Part shown: one piece after another, positions 1 to 12,004 of the stretch
Layout of the letters: each line of letters starts with the position of its first letter
How positions within the stretch are numbered: the first letter of the stretch is position 1
DNA from: Torpedo marmorata
Lineage: Eukaryota
Assembly (NCBI GenBank): GCA_977017645.1
Contig: OZ360219.1
Span: 154,256,001-154,320,000 of the forward strand
Direction: 5' to 3'
Length of the DNA stretch: 64,000 bases
Notes under the pieces: generated by a model
Database searches by the model: none
The model's input: only the letters and a program-made list of their open reading frames with translations
Told to the model about the DNA's origin: nothing
Position numbers and translations under genes: made by a program

Positions 1-3000
1 AGTCCTTTTACATTCTGGGTTGTTCAATGAATTTAAATTCTGTTCATCGGCACAACCAGATAAACAAGCACTCATGTTATTTCGAGTTATAATTTTATCT
101 TGGTTTTCCTTTTCCTTTCCATTGGCCAATAAGATGGATTCTTTTGCAGATGAAAAATTATTTGTGTCAAACTTGTTTCTTTGACTACTTTTGCTTTCTA
201 CAATGTTCACCAAGTCTTGATGAAATTGTGGAATTTCATTTAGATGCTTCCAAACAGACGTCCATTGCTTATACCGAATTCTGTGGTGATGCAAAAATTT
301 CTTGTCATGTGGTTTACAGCAAACCCTTTTGTTATATTCAACCAGAAGCCTTTTAGGTTTATAAACTTTAAACTTTGACATTCTGTTTGACAGATGGAAA
401 TGGCCTCTTGACCTTGCAGGGGATTCTAGTGCAAATTTTTTAAGGTGCTTTTTCAAATGTTCTGCCTGAGGGCTGGAGGCAGAATCAACTTGATTTCCTG
501 ATGCAATAATCCCTTTAGCATTCAAAACTTCAATAGGATCACGGGCATTTTCTTTTCTCACAATAGCTAAAGAATGAGTTTCTGTTGTTTGCATAAACCA
601 GGCACAAATTTTATCCATATTACAATGCCCTTGAAACAACATTTGGATAGGGGAAATTTGAACTCTATTCTTATTGTCTGCAATCATCACCGATTTAGTG
701 ACTCCTCCAAAGTGAACTGGATATTTTCTTTTGTCAGAAGAAACCATAAATTCTGTGGCATCAACAGGATGCCAACCACTGTTGATCTGTTCAAATCGCA
801 AATCAAGTTCCTCCTGCAAAGTTTGTTTTGAAGTGGAGGTGTGCCACCATCTGAGGGAAGTGCTTGATATAAAAACTGGATCTGCTGACATTTCAAAATC
901 ACAATAAAATTCATCTATTTCATTCCTGGTTTCCTCTTCTTTACTTTCAAATGTGACATTTGAGGCAATATTTGCAGCTGCCATTTTGAGACCTATCTTC
1001 CTGCTTTTAGCAAGTTCACTTCCTGCTTTGTTTAATAGCAGCTTTCGAGATTTGCGTAATAGGGCACTGCTTTGAGAAAATGAACAAGAGTTTGCAAAGG
1101 AATGCAGAAAATACAGAGATGGCTTTCTAATTCTAATTGAATGCCGCAGTGGCAGCGTATGTTTTACTTTCTTTTCAACACAATTTTCCTTTGGTCTTGC
1201 TTCACAGTTACTTTGAATGCATAAATAAGACTCTCTTTTTAAGTCACAGTCTTTAATAGGCGTATCTTCAGATTGCTTATATGACGGTGGGGACTCGTAT
1301 TCTAATGGAGGCAATATAGTATTAATACAGACTTTTCTTTCTCGTGGGGATACTGCATTAACAGTCACAGATATGCCCGAAATCTTCACTTTAGCAGGAC
1401 GTCCAGGTTTTCGTTGTCCACTTTTATAAGTTTTAACTGCCAGAGGCTTGCTACCTGGACAAACAACATTGGCAGTGGTACGAACTGAAACAGGTTTATC
1501 CTTTATGGGCCTAACTAAATCATATCCATTTTCACATTCAGTCAGTGACGATGCAGAACTATCAATTTTGTCTTCAAATTCCTCTGTAGTGGAATTCTGC
1601 ACAATTTCACTACGCTGCACGATTTGCTTTTCACAATTTTGCTTTAAATTACTTCCATTAGCATTTCTGAGGTGAATATTTGTTAAAGTTTTATCATTCT
1701 CAGATACAAGTCTTTTGAACCTTCTTGATCTTCCATAGACAACAGTAATTTTAATATTACGGCTATCATCTGTGGAAGGGGGATAGAGTTTTTCAGAACG
1801 TGCATCTTTAGCTGTATACTCAACAGGTTCTGATAATTCTATTTTAGGCTTCGGTGGTCTGCCCTTTGGCCTTTTAACCTGCTTTTCCACTGGTGGGCCT
1901 AATTTTTTGGGTCGACCAGGTTTTCTTTTTAGAATGGATTCAGCCACTTCCTTTGAAGCCAACGTTATTTCTACCATCTGACTGGTATCACTACCTGCAT
2001 AACCGTTTGAACAACAAAGAGAAGTATTACACCTGAATGTATCTAGATTGTAACTTGCATCCTCACAAATTTTTGAAGAACTTTTTGAACAACTGTCCAT
2101 ACATTCTGTTGCATTACCACTTTCACAAGCAGATGGATTTTGGAAATATTCAGTCGTATTAACACTTTCGGAAACAGAAGGATTCTGGAAATATTCTGTT
2201 GAATGAACACATTCAGAAACAGATGAATTTTGCAAAAGTTCCATTGGTTTATCACTTTCACAAGCAGATGGATTTTGGAAATATTCAGTTGTATTTACAC
2301 CTTCAGAACCAGGTGAATTACTTACATCTGGTCCTTTAAGGTAAATTTCTTCAGGATGAACTTTTGAAATGGGATTATTTGTATCAAGTTTGGAAGAGGT
2401 CACAGACGTCAGAGTATATTTAACTCCTTTATCACTGCTTATCTCAGAAAGAAACATAAGCTTTATGGGGCTATTATAATACACAGAACAATCCTTACCC
2501 ATGTTTGTTCTATTTATAGAATTGGCATTTTCAAGAACCAAGCAATCACAATTTGTATGATGTAGACAGTTTGGTTGCAATGGAGAGTTTATGCTCAGAC
2601 AGCCACTTGTCAAGAATGAACTGGAGTCAATTATGGCACCAGAATCATGACCACTGGAAAATAAATTATTTACTGCATTCTCCAATGTTTCCCATTTGGC
2701 AACAAGTTTTGAGTCATTATTGTTACAAATATCAGCATCATTATGTTCCATTGAAGCAGCAGGTTTCAATGAGTCAGCATTTAACACCGTAGGTGGTATT
2801 TCCTTTCTCCTATTGTACTGATCCACAAGTTCACAAGATTTTTGTGATGCACAAAGTATTATTTCAGGTGAATCATGCTCATGTTCTTCAATGCCTAATA
2901 CATCATCAGTGATTTTACTGTTACTATTTATGCCCTCCAGAAGCTCACACTGATTAGAAGCTGATGCTTCTAAACCTTCAGCAACTTCATATACAACTAC

Positions 3001-4891
3001 ATTCTTCTGTTCTTCACTCTGGAGTCTTATATTCATAGAATTGGCAATGTTAGGTATTTCACAAGCATTACTCTCACAGTCCATGCCAGATTTTTTTGTC
3101 TTAACAGGTTTTCGTTGAAAATTTTCAGGAAAACAGGCAGCATAAAACATTTTTCTGGGCTCAGTAATATACATAGAAAATCTTCCTGGAGGGAGAATTT
3201 TTCGTTTGGCTCTCCCAATATTAGATCTATAATCCATTTTGTTAGAATCTTGAAAGGACAAAGGAAATTCCTTACAATCATACTCAGGTGTCTTGGCATT
3301 CTCTCTTTGAATCTTCGTTCTCAATTCATCTACCTCAGAATTGTACAACAGATCTGAGTTTGAATGTTCTTTTGAATTGGCACACGCCGTCACATCTCTG
3401 GTTTCATTTACAACAAATTCTAAAGATGGAGATAAGTCACTAACTTTAGGTTCACATTTGTCAGGCAAACTACCAGGATGCAAAATAATGTTGTCAACAT
3501 TCTGGAAATCTTTAATGAATAGTAAAGATTCTTTTCCTGGTGAAGTTTCTTTAATGTAATGCTCTGTAAGTGTAGATTCTTTTTCTGGTGAACTTTTGTC
3601 TTTATTACAGCTCTTTGCCGATTTCTTTCCAAATTTTTCAGTTGTTGATTCCTTACTTAAAAATAGTTGATCAAAATTTGCAAGGTCCCTTTTTATTTGT
3701 ACTGTTTGACGTCGAGATGACAGTGAATCTGGAGAATTATACAGAGCAATTAATGTCTCTTGCCGCTTCCGGAATCGGGTTGGAATAATTCGGCTTTTCT
3801 CATGCTGCTTAAGTAATTCCATTAGACTATAATCACTGACTTTTGCTTTGTGTGATAAAGTAGTTGTGATTTCTCTCAATTTAACGTTGTCATTAATTCC
3901 TTGACAAGAATCACCATTGGAAAGGTTTGCCACAACTTGGCCTTCATCTGATGTTTCAATTGATTTCAATTTTTCATTTATCCGCTCCATTACCTCGTGA
4001 AATGAAGCAGAATGTTCACCTTTTTCCAAATCATTCTCAGACTCTGACAATCTACTAATTTCACCACTGATTCCTTCAAATTCACACATTCCTGGTTGGA
4101 GATTACTTACTGATTTTGGTCTGGCCCGAGTTTGGTTTGAGACCCTTGGGCTACCACATTCTTCCTCTTCTGGTGAAAGAGATGGAGGCTGGGTGATGAT
4201 AAGTTCAGTACTACTGGTATCCAAGGTGGAAACTGTTTTGTTTATTTCATCAATTTCAAACCCCTCAGTTCCAATAGGTGATAAAGGTGGAGGGGAAGGA
4301 CTTCGTGGTTTACTGTAATCTTTGATGCCATTTGCCAGGATAGGAGAAGTTGTTGGTGTGTTGGAAATCTCTTCAACTGGAAGTTCACTGCAAGCTGGAA
4401 CAGTAATTCCTCTATCGTAAATGCCTCCAGCAAAATGTTTGTAAGATCCAGTGCAAACTTGGTATGCACTGATCTTGCTACATTCTTTGCAAACTCTGTT
4501 ACTTATTATCATAAAGCACTCTGATGTCCTTTTTTTGCACGATGAACAATGTACATCTTTTACACAACTGTAGTGAGGAACTGACCATTCAGTTCTCATG
4601 GAACAACTTTCACACCATTGGAATCTATTACAATGACACAATTCCTCGTTTGGTTTATTTTCACTGAAATTAAGTGAAGAATTTTGATGCCGTGTAAGTC
4701 TTTGTTCTCTGCATTGTACATTGAAAGCAGCTTTTTCTTGCATTAAAAACTTGAGCATTGTTGTAAGAATTTTCTGATGAACATGGCAGAACGTAGATAA
4801 AATTTCATTCAATGTCGTTACTTTGTGGCTTGTGCAACCAGTTTTGTTGGTAGAGACAATTATTCTTCCTTCATCATCTTCCAAGCCATTT
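1..4891 (-). CDS. LCORL: LCORL alternative giant coding exon (PALI2 isoform: AT-hooks and PIP/PRC2-interaction region), cut by the window edge
   Basis: Acceptor TTCTTACAG|A at 4891 is phase-compatible with the 33500 donor. Reading by hand gave 1630 codons with no stop. Contains KRKPGRPKK, KRPKGRPPK and RKPGRPAK AT-hooks, SPIKLMF, LRWW...LDLRFEQINSGW, SPIQMLF...CAWFMQTTETHSLAIVRK and QAEHLKKHLKKF, matching recalled PALI1/PALI2 motifs. Confidence 0.9.
2104..2330 (-). repeat. In-frame 45-bp (15-aa) coding tandem repeat, about 4-5 units
   Basis: EYFQNPSACESDKPM / ELLQNSSVSECVHST / EYFQNPSVSESVNTT / EYFQNPSACESGNAT. The DNA string cactttcacaagcagatggattttggaaatattcagt recurs 135 bp apart. Confidence 0.85.
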
Positions 4892-5421
4892 CTGTAAGAA
4901 TATGATAAATACAAGTAAAACATAGCGTTGCAATTTTTTTCTAAAAGCAACAATTTGTTAAGTCAATTATTATAACTTAATTGTTTACTGAAGATTCAAA
5001 TATTCAAAATCTCTTTAGATGTTTACATATAAAGTTGGATAATTTTTTTTTACATAGAATATTATGCCAAATTGTTTGGACCTACTCATGCAAATATTTC
5101 AAAAATGACAAATAATAAATAAAAGCTATATATTTTTAAAATTTTTTAAATCAATTTCTGTTTAGAGGATGTCAACGTGGATGGGCTGAATTATTTAGAA
5201 AGATCTACTAAAAGATATATTCAAGTTTTCATTCTATTTAGAGTGGCCATGCATCTTTTGTACATTTAAGTAATCTGTTTGGAGGAATAAATAGCAATAC
5301 TTGCTAGCATCAAGCACAATCACTGTTTATGAAATTAACATCAGTTTAAAATTAACCAAAAACAAAACACCTATTTACATTAATTTCCAATTTATGCTGA
5401 GGGACACTAATATACAAGAGG

Positions 5422-6699
5422 TAAACACGAAAATCTGTAGACACCGTAATAATGTAGTAAAAAACACAAATGCTGGAGAACTCAGCAGGTCAAACAGTGT
5501 CTTTTATGTAGCAAAGGTAGAAATACATAACTGACGTTTCAGGCTTGAGCCCTTCTTCAAAGTATGAGAAAATGCCGGCAGACGTCCGAACAAAGGAGTG
5601 AGGGGGGAAGGGTGGGTGGGAAAGGCAGAAGATAATAGGTGGAGACAGGAGGGAGGGGACAGTAGCAAAGAGGGGGAAGGGATGGCTGGGTAGCTGGAGA
5701 AACACAGGAAGGACAGGTGAGGGGGGAGGGGAAGGGAACAACAAGCAGGTTTAGTGGAAAGCAGAAAAGTCAATGTTAATTCCATCTGGCTGGAGAGTGC
5801 CGAGACGGAATATGAGATGTTGTTCCTCCAGTTTGCGGGTAGTCTTGGTGGGATAGTACATGAGGCCATGGACAGACATGTGAGTGTGGGAGTGTGACCC
5901 AGAATTGAAATGGTTGGCCACTGGGAGGTCGCTGTTGATGCGAACCGAGCGGAGGTGCTGAGCGAAGCGATCTCCCAATCTACGACCGGTCTCTCCAATG
6001 TATAGAAAGCCACAAAGGGAGCACCGGATGCAGTAAATAAGTCCTCTGGATGTACAAGTGAAGTGTTGCTTCACTTGGAAGGCCTGTTTGGGGCCCTGGA
6101 CCGTGGTGAGGGGGGACGTGTGGGCGCAGGTGTTGCACCTCCTGCGGGCACAGGGGAAGGTTCCGGGGGTGCGATGGGTGGGGAGGGACGAGTGCACGAG
6201 TGAATCACGGAGGGAGCGGTCCCTACGGAAGGCTGAGAGGGGAGGAGAAGGAAAAATGTGTCTGGTGGTGGGATCCTGCAGCAAGTGCCGGAAATTCCGA
6301 CGGATAATGTGTTGGATGCGGAGGCTGGTGGGGTGGTAGGTGAGGATGAGGGGTATTCTATGTTTGTTGTGTCTGGGGGCAGAGGGGGCCAGGGCAGATG
6401 AGCGGGAAATGGAGGAGATGCGGGTGAGGGCTGAGTTGATGGTGGTGGAGGGGAAGCCACGTTTGTGGAAAAAGGCAGACATTTCAGAAGATCTGGAGTG
6501 GAACACCTCATCTTGGGAACAGATGCGGCGGAGGCGGAGAAATTGAGAGAAGGGGATGGAGTCCTTGCAGGGGACAGGGTGTGAGGATGTGTAGTCCAGA
6601 TAGTTGTGGGAGTTGGAGGGTTTGTAGTAAATGTCGGTGGAAAGCTTGTCTCCCGAGATGGAGACAGAGAGATCCAGGAAGGGGAGAGTGTTATCGGAG
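5422..6699 (-). mobile_element. 5'-truncated Penelope-like element (Neptune-like): RT C-terminus, Cys linker, GIY-YIG endonuclease and 3' pLTR
   Basis: ORF 5751-6788 has CARRRCNTCAH, GLIYCIRCSLCGFLYIGETGRRLGDRFAQH and EEQHLIFRLGTLQPDGIN. 12-bp TSD ATATACAAGAGG at 5410-5421 and 6700-6711. Confidence 0.92.
5526..5566 (-). ncRNA. Minimal type-I hammerhead-ribozyme-like motif in the PLE pLTR
   Basis: Minus strand CATACT-TTGAAGA-A-GGGC TCAA GCCT-GAAACGTC-AGTTATG: core-like UGANGA, stem II, GAAA, palindromic ACGU, GUC site. Confidence 0.65.
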
Positions 6700-7592
6700 A
6701 TATACAAGAGGCTCTTAACCAAGCTGTTCGACAACACTATATAGATTAAAAAAAGTGCTAAAAAGTCATACCTGAAAAATGCATGCACAAATGGAAATTT
6801 TTATTCATTAATCAAAGCAGATCTTAATTTTCTTCTTTTACTTCATTTTAAACACATTCCAGCCTCAAAACTTAAATATAGCAGTAACTGAATGTAGTTA
6901 AAAAGCATTTATTGTGTGAAAACCTGCTCACACTACTTAACATGGTTTCAAACATGTAACTGTTTTATATTTTATATTCCAGAGCAGTCAGGTGTTTAGT
7001 GCAATCAAGTAGTTTTGTAATATCAAACGATTCATCTTTTTTTTGTGTCTTCTGATGGAACATTTTATCACAGAATCAGTCATACAGCATGGAAACAGGC
7101 CCTTCGACCCTACTTGCCCATATGGACCAAAATATCCCACCCACACTGGTGCCACATGCCTGTATTTGCCCCACATCTCTTCAGTAATTAACATTTTAGT
7201 TTTAAAACAATGTTTATAAATTATGACATTTATATGTGCTGGGCAAGTGATTAATTTTTTTAAAAACTACTCAGCATCAAATGCAAACCAGCTTTGGTAG
7301 AACAAGTATAATGATGCAAGATAAGATTAAATCAAAAGGTATCAAAAATATACCTCATCTCTAAACTCAAGAACCAGTATCGCCTTCTCATCCTGTCACA
7401 TACTATATTTTATAATTTTTTTAAACAATATTGCGAATATATCAGCAGTAATGAATAATAAAGCCCATTATAAATAAGATTATAAAAACTTGAAACTAAT
7501 TTCAATTAGTGCCCTTGCATCAAAGGAGAGGGTAATTGAAAAACCTATCAACCTTGAACCTTTAAACATTTTAAAACCAGAATCTACAACAT

Positions 7593-7670
7593 AGAACCAC
7601 CTAATCAGACACTGGGTGATATAAGACTAATAAGAGTTAAACTGTTATGCTCTTGTGATTAGGTGGTTCT
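7593..7670. repeat. Perfect 15-bp inverted repeat, possible decayed MITE
   Basis: AGAACCACCTAATCA (7593-7607) and TGATTAGGTGGTTCT (7656-7670). Confidence 0.55.
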
Positions 7671-9239
7671 GACTGTGTAAATCTCATTACTTAATTCACC
7701 TACAAATGGAGAAATGTTTGTGCTCAATTTTGAGTTAAACAAAATCTATTAGTGGTGGTTCATTGAAAAATAGGTTAGAACAACTGTCTGTGCCAAAGGA
7801 TTGCAACAATTCACTAACCTAATCTTCCAAGAACTTGGCCAAAAATAGAGTCAAGTTGATCTAGAGTGGAGCTATGGCAAGGCTTGCTACTAAGTTGAGG
7901 CTGTGGTAGTGTAGATTCCTGTAAATAAGATAATGAAATCAAAAATACTCTTTGAATTTGCTATAATACATGCCTGGAAAACCTAAAAATAGCATTTCCA
8001 TTATAGTCTCAAATCTTATATCTTGCCCTTCAAATTGTGTGCAGATAATTTTTAAATACAGGAATTGGATTGCTTGTAATTAACCTTCACAAAATAAACC
8101 TATAGGAATACATTTTTTAAGGTAAAAACTTACTGTGATAAAGGCATTTAAAAAGAATCACAATTACCTAGAAATTTAAAAAAAGAATTGCTTTTTATCC
8201 AGTTATAAAAGCCAGATTGGCTAATGGCGTTCTTTTTAATTACACACTGTGTACACAGAATACTTCTCTTTACACTAAGCAATATGAAATTCCTTTGACA
8301 AAGCCAGGTACTTCCATAACTTTTCACAATCATTCTCACTGCATTGACACAAACATAACAATGACAGAGACCTTCCTCTGTATTACATATTTCTATAGCT
8401 TAAGGCAGAGGAGCAAATACAGCAATTTTACTACCTGTAAGCATTTTAAAATGTATTAACGGCTGATGTATCATCAACAAGAGCGGCCTCACCACATATA
8501 CATCATCCTAATTCAAAGGCATCCCGCAAAAAAATCACTTGAGTCATTTCAGATATTTTGAATTGAAGTTGGACCAGTTTAAATGAGCACTCCTGTTCCA
8601 CCCCCTAAAAAGTGAAGCTTACATCTCTTCTTCAATTTATTAATCACCATTAGCAATGTCAACATATATGCTGCACTGTGATATCGGAATGGAAATTGGA
8701 ACGCACTGATTTAGGTTTACAGCTGTGAGTTAATTAGCATAACTCTTCTAAATACCTACATTTAACGCAATTTATTTTTATTATGTTAATATCAGTACTG
8801 TTCTAACCACATTATTGCTGTTTTATTACCTTTAAAACAATGACTGAATAAATCTATTTTACTAGTGGCACAAATGAAAAGACACATCGATGGCTGAAGA
8901 TTTGATAGGCCAAGTGTCCTCTGCTGACAGTCTGTATGCATGAAGTGTACTTTGATTCAAAAGAAACAAGTTCCAAATAAATTAATTCATAAAATATCCT
9001 AATTAAGTCTTCAGACGAAATGCTCAAAAACCGAAGAATAATATTTTCTTCTCGGTTTTCCTTTATTAATTAAAATCTTTCTTTAAAATCTTTAAACTGA
9101 ATTTCTACAATTCAGCTCAAATGGATGGTATCTTATCTTAAAAAACAATGTTTTATTATCGTCCTCCCTGTGTTCAAAATGGCAGTTATGGTGGGCATAA
9201 AAGCAACTACATTTCACTTGCATTCATTTCACTTATTTA

Positions 9240-9460
9240 CACTAATCCTGCATAAATGACTTTTATTTTCATTCTCCCCACATTCTCATTAATGATCTCC
9301 CGATTCTACAACTCACTTACACGCTTAGGGCATTTTCCAGTAGGCAATTAACCTACCAAATTATTTCTTTGGGCTGTGGGAGGAAACAGGAGTTCTGGGG
9401 GAACACAAACTCCAAACAGACAGCACCCAAGGTCAGGATTGAATCTGGGTCTCTGGCGCT
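9240..9460 (-). mobile_element. Degenerate tRNA-derived V-SINE-like fragment
   Basis: B-box-like sequence (reverse complement of ggattgaatc) and a V-domain-like segment. Similar to the copy at 23800-24135. Boundaries approximate. Confidence 0.6.
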
Positions 9461-9741
9461 GGGAGAAATTAGTTTTGAGGCGTAATATTTAACAGCTCAT
9501 ACATTGGAAGGATAGGTGACACTAAGGATAGGTGACACTTACAGAACTTCAAGTGTAATCTCAAAATAACTGCAAAAGGTGTAACTTCATTTCATCAAAA
9601 ATCATCCAGCAAGCATAAATTCCTTACAGAACTTCTATGACAAGAGTTACAATGACTCAACCTTTATTTCAAACTGTTCTTCTCTGACAACTGTCTTATT
9701 ACATTTTATTGCAAGTTCACTTTTCAGTCCATACTCAAAAC

Positions 9742-9872
9742 CAGGGGTGGCCAACCTTTTAATTTTTAATTAAATTTTTAATTGGGCAGCATGAGTAATT
9801 AACCTACACCCCTGGTACGTACTCATGGCGTTACCGTGCTGTATGTCTAAATTAAAAAGTTGGCCACCCCTG
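9742..9872. mobile_element. hAT (Charlie-like) MITE, 131 bp
   Basis: TIRs CAGGGGTGGCCAAC...GTTGGCCACCCCTG. 8-bp TSD CTCAAAAC / CTCTAAAC (7 of 8 match). Confidence 0.85.
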
Positions 9873-10995
9873 CTCTAAACATCTTCAGATTTACAAAAGA
9901 CTTACAATATATCTGCAGCAGTCACAAACTCTTTATTTTTACTGTTATGTTTTATGTGCTCCCACTAATCTTTCTTGAAAGTCAGCTTTCTTCCTCACAT
10001 GGAAACTGTTGCCTTGAACTTATTTATAAGACACAACTGGGAAATTAAACAGGACTACAATACCACATCTAATTAGATGATGTTGCAACACCATAGTAGC
10101 TTCATGTCATTAGAATAACACTGAACTTAAATTGAGCAAAAATCAACATACTCAACTAGAACCCAAGAAAATGCCCAAAATGCATTTGTATATTTCTCTT
10201 AAGTTTCTTCTTTTATTGCTGCTATTGACTTCATTCATCATGCCAGGTTTGCAAATTCTCTTGCATATTAAAGTTGAAATATAAACTTATTTAATCATTA
10301 TGTACATCATCCAACATATCACAAAAATGTCTTATTGGTGGACACTCAATTTTGAGAAGTGAGGTTGCAACAAGTTTTATGGGCAGAGGTTTATTCAAAA
10401 GGAGCAATCAATTAATTGCTGTAAAGATCATGGCGATTCAGGTGTATTGCAGCTATAGGCACAGCTAAGCTATATTCAGCTGTAGATTTAAGGCACAAGG
10501 GTTGTCAGACCCACTTATAGGTACATCTATGTATAAATATGGAGAAAACCTATTTGCCAAAGACTGGGTTTTCAGACCTATCAAGGCCAACCTCCATCTC
10601 CAAATAATTCTATTAAGCTTCAACTTTCTTCTTTGGATCCACCCAAGATCATATATCTCAACAGTAATCTACTCTAATAACTTAAAGCATTTCGCAAATA
10701 CATTGTGTTGCCTGAACAACACTGACTTAATTATGAGCAACTTTACCTATCCTCCATTAACAAAAATAACCTTTGGTGTACCAAGAACTTGGTTCACAAG
10801 CACTGTGCAGGCAAGGAGATTTCCTCTTTAAACATATCTTGTCCAGTAATATGTGGCACTGAACCATCTTTTAGTAGCATTTCTCAACACCGTTAAAATA
10901 CTTGTACAATATCATTGTCTGAGGGCTCTTCTCTTGGAAGTTATTCAGTTGCCCAAAGTAAGAACAAATTCGATTGTTCAAAGATGCAAAAGATT

Positions 10996-11098
10996 TGAAC
11001 TGGGGGAAGGGATAAGTGAACAGCGATAAATGAACTGGGGGAAGGGATAAATGAACAGCGATAAATGAACTGGGGGAAGGGATAAATGAACAGCGATC
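10996..11098 (+). repeat. 3 x 35-bp tandem repeat
   Basis: TGAACTGGGGGAAGGGATAARTGAACAGCGATAAA starting at 10996, 11031 and 11066. Confidence 0.9.
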
Positions 11099-11344
11099 GT
11101 CCACGAGAAAAGGAAGGGAACTGGGGCCAAACTTCCAGAAATTTTGAAACAAAAAGGATATTAGATTATAAAGAATCAAAGGAATTCATGACATCGTCGA
11201 CCTCCATTCAACCTGGCCAAAGAGATCTATTTAATCCTACTTCTCAGTCCTTAATCTTGTGGGAATTAAGTGCTCCCAATTCCTCTCCATGGCTTTGCAT
11301 CTTCAAATTAATAGCCTTAATTTGCAATTTTCAATATACGGAGG

Positions 11345-12004
11345 ACCTTTCCTAGACCCAACATACTAATGTCATCGTGAAGAAAGCATGTCAGCGCCTC
11401 TACTTCTTCAGGAGTTTGTGGAGGTTTGGTACGACAATGGACACCATGGCAAACTTCTACAGCTGTGTAGTGGAAAGTGTGCTTACTGGCTGCATCACGG
11501 CCTGATATGGGGGCACCAATACCTTAGTGGAAAGCCCTGAAAAAGATAGTGGAACATAGCCCAGTATATCACAGGCAAAACTCTCCCCATCGAGTAAATC
11601 TACATAAAACGTTGCTGTCGGAAAGCATCAGCAAACATCAAGAATCCACACCACCCAGGACATGCTCTGTTCTAGCTGCTGCAGCCATCAAGAAAGAGGT
11701 ATAGGTGCCATAAGACTTGTACCACCAGGTTAAGGAACAGTTGCTATCCCTCCACCTCAGACACCTAAACAACAAACTCAGACTCATTTAAGGACTCTTA
11801 CTTTGCACATTACTGAATATTTATTTTTTTCTGCATTGCACAGCTTGTTTACATTTCTTTCTTTGTTTACATTTCTCTCTTTTGTACATGTATTTTTTCT
11901 TGAGTAGTTTTTACACTACTGATAAGCAGAAATTTTGCCTGGCCCTCAAGGCTGTATGTGATATCATGTATGTACTCTCACAATATATCTGAACTTTGAA
12001 CTTT
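11345..12004 (+). mobile_element. Rex1/Babar-like LINE 3' fragment
   Basis: Degenerate KKACQRLYF.RSL.RFG / NFYSCVVES.LTGCIT / RYR...RLRNS coding remnant, ending in a (GAACTTT)n tail. Boundaries approximate. Confidence 0.7.

Noticed and set aside
144-4469. Short ORFs listed in the first 4.5 kb
   Set aside because: They are antisense or off-frame shadows of the long PALI2 reading frame.
9509-9539. 16-bp tandem duplication GGATAGGTGACACT
   Set aside because: An ordinary local slippage duplication with no further structure.
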